A stretch of 64,000 nucleotides of DNA, taken from positions 1,026,506 through 1,090,505 of the forward strand of contig ML992508.1 of assembly GCA_010093995.1 (NCBI GenBank). Direction: 5' to 3'. This stretch comes from Elsinoe ampelina (Eukaryota). Made by a program: the position numbers and the translations under genes. Shown here piece after piece: positions 48,800-60,134 of the stretch; positions within the stretch are counted from its first letter, which is position 1; each line of letters starts with the position of its first letter. The notes under the pieces are model-generated. The model was not told the origin of the DNA. It ran no database searches and saw nothing but the letters and a program-made list of their open reading frames with translations.

Positions 48800-49602
48800 T
48801 CATTGATAGAACCAGTATTCGGTGGCGTATTGAATCTCAAACTTTGCAGGCTGACCAGCGCAAGTCTTGGGTGGGCTTCCACCAGCTGTCCTCACTCTGT
48901 ACACTTCCCTGTATGCTTGGAATCCACCATATCCCGTCGCGGCCTTCAGGTACAACCAGGGCACAGCACCAAAGCCTTTGTTCTTCTGTCCGACCATGGA
49001 GTCCTTTGGAGCATCGGTAGCGTTGGCTTTTTTGAAGGCTCCCTCTCCGTAGGTATGCTTGGCAGTGTCGAGATTGAAGAAGGCAGTGGTGAGGTCGAGG
49101 AAATAGTGGTAACCAGAGAGGCCATAGTAGCCGCGGTTATCGGCATCGTCTTGAACATCAAAGGGGATGGGCAGGTCGAGAGCGATGTTGGCGAGTCTGG
49201 CGACCAGTTGCGGGGACTCGACGGCAAGACACGTGACGTTGAAGAGTGTGGCTACAGCGCCGCCGGCAACTGGAACCGCTGATGAATTGGTCGTGTCGCA
49301 GGTGTAGTTCTGAGTTCCACGCCCAATGACGATGTGGGACAGCGAGCCTTGTGGTGACGGAAGAGGAATGGGAGCTATGAAATGTTAACCATGAATGAAA
49401 GGTGAGGAGTGTACTCGGACTGACCTTGTGGAAGACTGGCCTTGGACAGATCACATTTTCCGCATGTTCCAGCAGCTATCCGTCGTCCGTAGTCGATAAA
49501 GTCTTCATCCTTCTTTGCATGTGGGCTTTTTCCGTCAGGGACTGGGGAGGTCGAGACGAGGGTCGCCAGGATCAGAGAAGAAAGGTAGTAGACGCAACGC
49601 AT
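48800..49602 (-). CDS. Secreted DUF3455-family protein, 1 intron
   Basis: Signal peptide MRCVYYLSSLILATLVSTSP. After the intron: GRGTQNYTC, GAVATLFN, GYHYF, AVPWLYL, TAGGSPPKTC and YATEYWFY. Confidence 0.85.
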
Positions 49603-51020
49603 GGTGGTGGAATAGAGGGGGTGGAGAGGGGGGGTGGGATCTGCCTGTGTCTTGACTGGGGGATTGGTTGAAGGTCGACCGGTGAGGGGAATTGAGAAGG
49701 ACGGTGCTGAAACGAAACCTGCCTTTTGATGTCTGTCCACGAGCTTTCTATATGCATGGGCAGACGGCCGCTGGTGGCCGTGGTACAAAATAGAAAGTAT
49801 TCTGGTTATGCGCCCAAAATCAAGAATGGTTAGTTCGTGCATGGATCCATGAGTCGCAAAGGCTGAGCGATTGGACGAGAATGGTTCATTGCGTCTCGAC
49901 TCAAGCCATATTCGCGCCGGGCTAAACGGCAAGTAAAGCTTGGTCCTGCCTCTCTGTATTGCATGAGATGGTGCATCGGGTTGTTTCTGTTGTGTCTCGG
50001 TCTTTTGATGGGCTGTTCATCATCTCAAATCGCGGGTTTGGCGTGCTGGTCAGGATGTGCCTGTACAACTTTGGTTTCTAGTGGTATTGCTCGACATCAT
50101 CACCGAAGGTAGAGACGAAGACCAGCCATCTGTCATGTCTTCGGGTGGCAGAGTCGCCATTCAGGCAAACTACCAGGTGGACGGCGCCATGCATGTACCC
50201 TGAAGATCAGGAAGGACGGTCAGATGCAAAAAGCGGGAGGCTTGGAGTCGCCGCATGAAGTCCTGCTTTACCCTGATTTCCCGCAATTTTGGGCTATTTA
50301 TACAACATTTCATCTTAATAAGGGATGACGCCGGCGCTTACATGCTTGCTCCAGACCCACTGCAGCGACCACCCGACCTCGCCAAAGACCTTGCGACGTG
50401 GAGACTGTCTGGGTTTTCTCCGTAGGATTCTGTCGCGCGAGGGCAAGCGCCGCCATGGAATGCTGTAAACCTTCTTTGTGGTCTTCTCCAGCGGTAATTT
50501 GTGCTAAATTTGATCCAATCTGGCAGCTGGTCCTGCGTCCACACCTGGTTGAACGTCGTGCGCCGCTTGCTTCGATGGATCTCTCAATAGATTGTCTTAG
50601 GGTCCAACCACACCATCCATCGTTTGACAGCCATGCATGACTTGCTACCGATGCATTGATATTGCGGCTCAGACTGCGGCTCACACACAGATTGCGGGGT
50701 TTGGATATGGACGACTTGGCGTCGACAGGCTTGATGTCTTCTATCAATGTGAGGAAATTGACAATAGGCACCGAATTCTGATTCAAGTTGACTGTCTTGA
50801 TTGCTTCGCTACTGCAAATCGTACCTACGTTTGACAGTATAGCCAGATTGAACGGCCTCTTGGGGCACTTCTACTGTCGTGGGCGGTGCAGCCTCACCCA
50901 TTCGCGTGCCACCAACATCTCAGCACATCGACAATGATAGACTCCTAATTTACCATCCAACAACGCAAGAAGCGCCGCGCGTCAAGCTGACAAGCGCCAC
51001 GTCATTCTGTACAGAAAAGA

Positions 51021-52164
51021 ATGGCAGTACGTACTTGCAAGGCCTCCTGTAGAATATGCTGACCTGGCAGCAAGCGACGGATGGCGCAAGCAGGCTGCTC
51101 AGCGGACCGAATGGCGGGAGAAGCCAGCGTATTGTGCTCATGGGCGACAGAAGGTATGCTCATTCCTCGATCGAAACGACTAGCGCTGAAGAGCGTTCAG
51201 GAGCGGGAAGTCATCCATTGCTGGAGTGGTATTCCACAAGACGCCCCCTTCAGAGACTCTTTTCACCGAGTCAACGACAGAGATCACGTCAGCTGGTGTT
51301 TCCTCGTTCATGAAATTCCAAGTCGTCGAGTTACCCTCACATGTAGACTACACCAAACACACCTCAGAGAATGTCTTCCAGGACACAGGATCAGTCATCT
51401 GGGTCATCGACGCACAAGACCAGTACCTTGACACGCTTAGTCGACTACTCGACACAATCACCCACCTCACGCAACAGCATCCCACAATCAACGTGGAAGT
51501 CTTTGTCCACAAGGTGGATGGACTATCGGATGAATTCAAGAACGACACATTCCGAGATGTCAGGCAACGAGTACAGGATGAATTGTCAGATCTCGGTTTC
51601 GACAACGCTCCTGTCAGCTTCTATCAGACCAGCATCTACGATCATTCGGTCTTCGAGGCGGTTAGCAATGTAGTGCAGAAGCTCATGCCGCAATTGCCTG
51701 CGCTGGAAAGCCTGCTGAACAGTCTCTGCAGCACTTGCAGGATACAGAAGGCCTATCTGTTCGACACGCCAAGCAGAATATACCTTGCATCAGACACCAG
51801 CCCTGCAGACACGAACAGCTATGAAGTATGCTCCGATCTGATCGATGTGGTAGTGGATATCGGCGAGCTGTACAGCTGGGACAGGGCAAGCGAGCCCAGC
51901 TATATCGAAGAAGAGAAGACAGACTTTGGCAACGAAGCTTGTGAGAGCCTGGTCTCCATGGAGAGAAGAGGTCAACCGTACTTGTACTTGCGGGAGATTG
52001 ATCAGTGAGTCACTACAATTGTTCTGGAAGAGCTAGAGGCTGATGTTATCAGGTTCCTTGCACTGGTTTGCATCATGGGGGACGATAACCCGATGGAGAG
52101 AAAAGCGATTATCGACTACAATGTCAATATTTTCAGGGATGCGCTGGCAAAGGTCTGGTCGTAA
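51021..52164 (+). CDS. GTR2: Rag GTPase Gtr2 (RagC/D), 3 introns
   Basis: MA|..IVLMGDR|RSGKSSI..VFHK.PP.ETLF.EST, WVIDAQD, HKVDGL, TSIYDHSVFEA and a C-terminal IIDYNV. Confidence 0.9.
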
Positions 52165-52447
52165 TAGATAAGAACGCGAACATGTACAGTAGCTCTAGAT
52201 ACCATGATACCAAATTTTTTTCTTCTCCATACTGAGGCCCATTCAAATCATCCCTATCCATCAGAGCTCGCGCGTAAAAGCTTCAGCGGGACCCGCGGTA
52301 AAGGGTGTTTTAAACGTCGATCCCGGAAGCTAGCATTCCGACCAATGTCGATCAATTGAATACGCAGCATGTTCCTATAAACTGTCCTTACTGTAAAATC
52401 ATCCTCGAGACAATCCTACTTAGCTCTGCATCTCCCATTCCCCAGAT

Positions 52448-53241
52448 ATGGCAGAAGTCCGCCGCCGCAACCCCCCAAGCAAATCATTAGACGACCGCAT
52501 CCGAGAAGAAGACGACAACAAACCCATCAGCTCCTCCATCTCCTTCCTCGACATCCTCCGTATCCTAGGCGGCATCGCTCTCCTCAACTCCGCCCTCTCC
52601 TACTACATCACAAAGGACCCGGTCTTCTGGGGCTCACGACCATGGTGGACCCAACCCACCCAAGTCCAACGATGGATTGTACCTTCCCTCCTCCCCCCAT
52701 GTCCCCCCCTCCCCCTACGCACCCCCGCTAACCTCCCCAGAACGGCCCCCTCCGCCTCACCGACGCCCAACTCGCCGCCTACGACGGCACAGACCCCACC
52801 AAACCCATCTACCTCGCCCTCAACGGCACCATCTACGACGTGACCGTCGGACGCTCCTACTACGGCCCGGGCGGCATGTACGGCTTCTTCTCCGGCAAAG
52901 ACGCCAGCCGAGCCTTCATCACGGGGTGTTTCGACACGGACCTCACGCCCGACACGCGCGGCATCGAGGAGATGTACATCCCGCTTGACGACGAGGAGGC
53001 GGATCAGAAGCTGAGTAAAGGGGAGTTGAAGACGAGGAGGGAGAGGGAGACGAGGGTCGCGAGGGAGAAGGTCAGGCAGGGGCTGGAGGGGTGGGCGAAG
53101 GTTTTTAGGGGGGATACGGGGAAGAAGTATTTCAAGGTTGGGGAGGTGAGGAGGGAGGAAGGGTGGTTGGAGAAGCTGCCGAAGAGGGAACTGTGTGAGA
53201 AGGCAAAGGGCCAGAGGAAGAAGAGGAAGGTGCAGGGCTAG
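52448..53241 (+). CDS. Cytochrome b5-like heme/steroid-binding (MAPR) membrane protein, 1 intron
   Basis: N-terminal TM, then LAAYDGTDPTKPIYLALNGTIYDVT..YYGPGG.Y.FFSGKDASRAF.TGCF. Confidence 0.9.
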
Positions 53242-53562
53242 GGAGCAGGTGAATGGGGATGGGATATGGTTGGTAAATGAACATGATTTGGATTGTTTGA
53301 TGGGTGTAAGTGATGGGTCACATTCACTGATGCTGGTGCTGCTCGAGGCGTGAGATCCGCTCTGTACACCGAGGACATGGAATGTGCCGCAAGCGATCTG
53401 ACAAAGACTGATATTTGCGATGCACGGAATTCGGTCTCTCCACGTGGCTTCAATGATCCTCGTTCGCGCTGTGCTACGAGATGTATCCGTAAATCATCAA
53501 ACGCCAATGAGGCCGTTCCTCAGATGTCCCCATGCTCATCCACCCGGATCATATCGATGACT

Positions 53563-54075
53563 CTAGTCCGAACCACCAACAGCCCTTGCTGTAAACTCGT
53601 TAGCACCGTGTCCAGTCTCGCCGCGAAATTTCGTGATCCATACTGTAGATGCTGCCCCGAGCGTGTCCGACAACCTTCTTGATCTGTCCTCTCTCCTCCA
53701 AGTCGGCAATTGCCCTTCTGGCGAGCGAGCCATTGATCTTTAGACGATCGACGAGGACGGCGACGGTGATGAGACGGTATGACTGGACATCCTTCTGGAG
53801 CTTGTCGTTGGTGGCCTTGTCGAGAACGACGGCGTGCTGGGCCTTGTCCTTGACTGTCGGAAAATGTTAGTACCATCATCTTCGCATTGTAGCGCAACAC
53901 CAGCAGGTCTATTCTCGAACGCAAAGTCGTTGCTGGTGGTGTGCTGAAGAGTGTGCCACATACCCTTGCCCTTGGACCACTTCTTCTTTTGCTTCTTGCC
54001 TCCGGTCGCAGCGGGAGCCTAACATTGTCAGAAAGCGTCCAGTGTGATCTCGATATCCGGTTGAACTCGTACCAT
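53563..54075 (-). CDS. RPS25: 40S ribosomal protein S25 (eS25), 3 introns; not in the ORF track
   Basis: M|APAATGGKKQKKKWSKGKV|KDKAQHAV..YRLITVAVLVDRLKINGSLARRAI..IY|TRAVGGSD. Confidence 0.96.
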
Positions 54076-55214
54076 GTTGTCTGATTGATGTGTGGTTGTC
54101 GTGTGGATGTCAGGATGTCGCCGCAGTAATTTGCATGAGGTGTGTGCGTGCGGGCAGCCAAGACTTTCTGACTAAGCAAAGTCGTTTTGAACAGAGATGC
54201 GTGGATTCTACGCGCAATGGTCATTGGACATGGTGTACAAACCACCTTCTTCGCATGAATGGGAACGTTATAATCAATGCGATGCAGCAGGAGCTTTCTC
54301 TTCAAGACTATCAAGGCATGTTGTCCCGCCGCGTCTTGCGTACTGATCACGATCGAGAGTAGGGACGATCTCAGAGCGTGGGATTGCTTCCTCCACGTGT
54401 TGCAGCTTTCGGGCGTAACTCGTTCACATGCTCGTCAATAGCTCATAATCGGTCCTACACCAGTTGCATTTTAGGCCTTCTATTCTGGCCGACTGAATTT
54501 TCACAAGTGGGAAGGATTTCACAGCTTTTGCGTTTCATGTACAACAGCTAGAAGCCCTGATATAGACTCTCGGACCGCCGTTGATGTGATGCGGATCGAT
54601 GAACGTCCCTTGCATGTGTGTACCTCAATGATCGACAACCTATCTGCATATCAGTCAACAACACTCGTCGACCTCGACGACTACCTCATCTCACCATGAA
54701 GAATATGAATACCATTGGTCAAGAAGTGACTATTGGCGTGATCTCCGATGGATCCAAAGGCACAGCACAGACGGAAGCCACTCGCAGCCGCTTCCGAGCT
54801 TCTCATGATCGCCCGCCTGTCAGCCCCCGGTACAGCCAGTCGCAGTCGCAGCTGGCCAACGCGATTCCTCGAGGCATCGCAGAGCTCCGGTCTCTCAAAA
54901 TGTAGTACAAGTCGCAGCTGCCTTCGTATTCCGTCAACCTGAAAGACTTGATCTTTTCTCTCGACCAATATTCGTGCTGGTACAGCATAACTATCGGCCC
55001 TCGCTCTACGTCCTTCCCCACTACCAACATCTTGCAATCTCGGCAGCCTTACCCCCCGGTGTCAGACCGACTTCTCTCGTTTGCGACTCGAATCCTACCG
55101 CGAAGAAAGGGCGCCTTGACAGCCATAATATCTAGTGTGACTACACACGCGGAGGGAGTCTTCTCACCACAAGAGTCAGCATACGCTGAGTGTCGCGCAT
55201 ATGGTTGAGGCAGT

Positions 55215-56677
55215 ATGAAGGACAGAATGCCGCAGATGCTGCGAAGAGCGCAAAGATACACAAGTCTGGACGGTATAGCAGCGGAGAAAGATACGGTTGC
55301 TGTAAGGCCCTGTAAAGAACTTGCGACTCGAGCTTCCTTGGCTGACTTGCACAGTGGTATTGGAGAGTGATTGCTGGAATCGCATCATGGCTGTTGGTGG
55401 GAGGGTAAGTGCTTCCAAAAAAGCAAGACTGTGCATGAGCTCTGACCTTTGCTAGCTTCCTCATGCTTCCCGCGACCTTTGACACGTCGGACGACTTCAA
55501 GTTTAGCAAGACCGTCTTAACGATCTTAAGCATCACCTTCGCCGCTGCTGGGGTATGCCTGACCGCTGTACTCTTGTTAGTAGTGCGCAATTGGCAATTC
55601 CAAGCCGATGCTATACTGTTCCCGGCGTTCTCTTCGTGTCTGGTCGGTCTATTGACGGCACTGTACTCATTCTTAGTCCATCGTCGGTACACATGGAATC
55701 TTGCTGGGATCCTTACCACCGCCTTCTCGGCAGGTTTGACAATCACGTACGGCGTCCTGCTCTTCATCACACAGAGACGAGTCGCTGCGTGTAGAGGTCT
55801 CGCCAAACCGCAGCACATCCCTCTGCGATCGCATACCTCATACGAAGACGCTCGAACCATTTACGAGCCTTCTATTCAGTCGACAGTCCCGCCAATGCCG
55901 CAAAGTCCGCCTGCTCCAACGGAACCACTTCCTGACAATCGGACGCGAGAGCAGTCCTTCTACAATAATTATTTGTCGAATATGTATCCAATGTTGCGAA
56001 CGGATTCACGAGCAGCTCCACGCACTCCTGCCCCACCAACGGCAGGACCTCAGACTCCAAATACTCCATGGGATGCTCAGTCTGTTGTCTCCGAGCGTCC
56101 CCCAGCTCCACCCATCAATCGTCCGCCTGTCGAAGCATCCATGCTCACGCAGGAGGAATTGACACGGCAGCAAATGCTCATGCTGCTGTTGAACCGACCG
56201 GAGCCGGAACGACCCGTTGATCCTGCAGGACATCCTCTCCAGCCTGAGACCAGCTATCGTATAGACTGGAATGGAGGGGAGACACAAACCCCAATCGTTG
56301 GTCCAGGAGAGACTCTCAACACACCCCACCGCCAGATTCCATCCACACCCATCATTTCGCCACCGTCGGCAACGTCACGATCAGGAGGCATTGATCAGAT
56401 CACTCCGAGCCGGCCCCAGCACACGCACACGAGAAGCACGTCCAGCCAGAAAGCCCTCGAAGCTCTCACCGGCGGTCGTGTCCACATACCACATGGAGTA
56501 CCACCGCCGTCGTACGAGCAACACTGGGATGGCGTCATGCGGACTGCGGCAGATATTCCACAAGATCGCCTGCATCCGGCATTTCGAGAGAGTCGCTTCA
56601 TGCGAACAGGTGGAGCAAGGGAGGAGCGTAGAAGGGAGATTGAACGAGGAAGCACTCCCACGCATGAGCAGGAGTAA
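55215..56677 (+). CDS. Fungal 4-TM membrane protein of unknown function with a Pro-rich tail, 2 introns
   Basis: Spliced ..DTVA|WYWRVIAGIASWLLVG|GFLMLPATF, followed by three more hydrophobic helices and a PPSY motif. Confidence 0.75.
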
Positions 56678-57392
56678 CGGGCGACAAAGTTTTGTTTTTG
56701 GACTTTGACACGACTGCATCAGTGGCGCTTAATATCCACCATTTGCGAACAGATCTCTTGGGGAACGACATCATGACGGACGGTGTTTGGGCTTCTTTCG
56801 ACCGAATCGCAGGTTGTCTGGTGTAGATAGCATGTGATTGCAATTATATTTACTCTACACTTCATACCTGGACCAATAATCGTCCTGCAAAAGGAACACT
56901 AACGGGTCCAGGCTGCGAAAGGCACATAGAACCCCTACGCACTGATCCCACATTGGGAAGAGATTTCACACATTTCACATGCCTCACATTCTTTCCACAT
57001 CACACGCCAGGAGGACCTCTTCTAACACGTGGGCAATCTCAGATCTGAAGACTTTTGCTTTCGGATTCCACCTCACATCTTTCCCGCAGTACTCGTTTCA
57101 CCCGGTTTCCACATTGCTAACATCGACAGCTCCCCACATGGCTTGCCTGGGGAGGGTCTTTACACTGCAGTACATGGGCGTACAATACAATGAAAGAGAT
57201 GCAATCACGGACCCACGTCAACAGAAGACGAGATTACAAACCCCTCTCCCGCGCGGCAAGAGGCATATTTATCTATGATACATCTAGCCACCCCTCTCAC
57301 TCCTTTCTCCTTTCTCCTTTCCCTACCCTTCCCCTCTACCCCCTCGCCCCACCATCCTCTCCTCTCCCTTTCGCTTCCCTCACTCCCCTGAC

Positions 57393-58938
57393 CTAAGAAA
57401 TCATCCTCGTCATATCCCCCCGGATCCTCGCATAATCCAACAACCCCTCAATCTGCCCCACCGCCGAGATGGCAATGTCACGATCCCACAACTTCCTCTG
57501 GGCAAAATCCTGCACGTCCTTCGCCGAGATGGCACCGACCACACGCTCCACCTCCTCTGGGCTGAGGCGGCGGCCTGTCGTGATGGTTTGGCGGCCAATG
57601 TCCTCTGCCACGGCAGTGGTGCCGTCGAGGGAGAGCAGTAGCGAGGCCTTGAGTTGGGACTTGGCGCGCTCGACTTCGGAGTCGTTGACGGCGAAGGAGA
57701 GGCGGGACCACTCGCGGAGGGTGAAGTGGACGAGGTCGTCGATGCGGGTGATGGCGTCGGTGACGAGGTAGATGCCCCAGAGACTGAGAGAGGGTTAGCA
57801 AAGTCACAAAGGGGGGAAGGAAAGAGGGGTCTTACCCGGTGTCGCTGTAGCTGGTGGAGAAGCTCATGAAGCTGTTGGCGAGCTTGTTCTCGTGGACGAA
57901 AGTGCTGAGCTTGCTGCCGAGATAAGGGGAGTTGCCCATGGCGCGGTCCCAGTTGCCGACGATGGCCTGGGCAACCAGAGCGGTGAAGTAGTCGTCGTCC
58001 TTCCATGAGACACCCTCAACTGCAATGGCGATGTTGGCGGTTGGGATGGTGTCGTCTCGGATACGGACTTCGGAGCCGACAAAGTCGGGCTTTGCCTTCT
58101 GAGCGGCGGCGATGGCTGCCTCGGTCGACGTTGGTGGTTGGTTGGGGACCTTGCCGAAGTACTTCTCTGCGAGCTGTACGAGCTGTTCGTGAGGAATGCC
58201 ACCAGCACCGACCAGTACCATGCGGTCAGCAGTGTAGTTGGTCTTGATGTAGCTGGTCAAATCATCACGGGAGATGGACTGGATGTTCTCCTTGGGTCCA
58301 AGGATGGTGCGGCCGAGGGGCTGGTCCATGAAGGCAGTTGCGTGAAGGTGGTCAAAGACAACCTCCTCGAGCTGCTTGTCGACCTCCTCCTGCTCGCGGA
58401 GGATGACATCACGCTCGCGCTCGATGGCAGAGCCCTCGAGCTTGGAGTTTTGTAGAATATCGGCCAGGATGTCGACAGTGTTGGGAACATCAGAGTTGAA
58501 GGACTTGGCATAGTAGACGGTGTTCTCGCGGGAGGTGTAGGCGTTCAGGTGTCCGCCCATGTTCTCAATCTCAAGCTCCAATTGTGACTGCGACCTCTTT
58601 TGCGTTCCCTTGAAGGCCAAGTGCTCCAGAAAGTGCGCGGTGCCGTTTGTTCGGTCTGTTTCCGCACGGCTTCCAGCATCAATCCAAACACCTACAGTCG
58701 AGGTTTGCGCATAAGGTGAGTATTCGGAGGCAATCTACATCTCCATCAGCCATTGATACCACTATCCAGCATTTCGATGTCCTACCGTAAAGCCATTGCT
58801 CAACGTTGTGCTCTCCGTCTTCACTCCATGACTGACCGGAGTCGCAAGGCCCCTGGTCACCGGCGATCTGATGGCATTGAGAGCGAGTCGGTTGCGAGTA
58901 GAATTCCTCAGATTGAGGGCTAGCCGCCGGGAGGCCAT
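57393..58938 (-). CDS. MAS1: Mitochondrial processing peptidase beta / complex III core 1 (M16), 2 introns
   Basis: Arg-rich presequence, inverted zinc motif GTAHFLEHLAFKGT, LNAYTSRE and SYSDTG|LWG. Confidence 0.95.
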
Positions 58939-59199
58939 GGCGACAAGTTCTGAGGATAATGGTGGTTGAATAGCTGCTTGGAACAGAAATTGTGAGCGAC
59001 GCCGGCGAGATTGACGATTTGCAGCAACAAGAAAGCTCGCTCTTTGGTCTTGGCAAATCGTTGTCCTTCTCGCGGCTCTTTCCGATCCGATCACGTCCAA
59101 TCCCGAGGCTCGCATTACCCTCTTTGGAGACATCAGTTGCTCTGGCATGTCAACTGCACCTCTACCTCTCCACGACCTGCCGCTCCATCATCCTCGACA

Positions 59200-59913
59200 A
59201 TGGCATCAGCAATGCGCTCCTCCGCCTTTCGCCAGGCCTTCCTGGCTCAGCCCAGCAAATTCACAGCTCCTCTGCGCACCTCGTCGCGGTTATCCCAGCT
59301 CGCAACACCCGCATTCGCACGAGTAGCTGCTTTCCACGCCTCCCCTCGCCGCTCCATCCTGCCTCCTCTCCCACGTAAGCGGCCCCCATCAGTTGCTCCG
59401 CGGCCCTCGCCTGCTCGTTCTCGATCGCCACCACTAGCAATGCGTGCCTAACCTTGCCTCCCAGAGAAAATCATCGGCACAGTCAACGACCCGGCCCCTG
59501 TGCCCCCTGTGTCCCCCCAACATGGCAGCTACCACTGGACGATGGAGCGCCTCATCTCGGCCGCGATTGTGCCCTTGACTGTGGCCCCCTTCGCGGCGGG
59601 GTCGCTCAACCCGGTGCTCGACTCGGTCTTTATTGCGACTATCCTTGTGCACTCGCATATTGGTTTCCAGTACGTACATGAGGAGCCAGGATATATGATA
59701 TTATATACAGGATGCTGGTGGGAGAGATGCAGTGCTAACGACAATAGGTCCATCATCATCGACTACGTCCCGACGAAGCGGATGCCAAATGTAAGGAAGC
59801 TGTTCTGGTGGGCATTGAACCTAGCGACTGTAGTAGTGGGAATTGGCTTCTACGAGTTTGAAACAAACGACGTAGGGTTGACAGAGGGCATCAAGAGGGT
59901 ATGGAAGGCTTAG
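59200..59913 (+). CDS. SDH4: Succinate dehydrogenase cytochrome b small subunit (CybS), 2 introns
   Basis: Presequence, HGSYHWTMER, HSHIGFQ|SIIIDY and FETNDVGLTEGIKRVWKA. Confidence 0.95.
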
Positions 59914-60134
59914 AGGGAGTGCTGTGGGTGTGTTATCTGTATCATGGAGCGAGACACCAGCAGAAAGAGACAGAAATGTTTGTAGTACAAATTTTAGAAA
60001 CATGAATTCGTCTGTCGTGGGTATTCCTTTCCCTTTCCCTTTCCCATTTGTCCAAAGGTACGTGACGCCTTGCTGAAAGTATTTTCATCTCGCCGTACCC
60101 ATTTGCACTTGCGCCGTGCACCAGGTCTGGAGTC

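Noticed and set aside
50310..50786. 158-aa ORF between DUF3455 and GTR2
   Set aside because: TTG start and no recognisable features; lies in a divergent promoter region.
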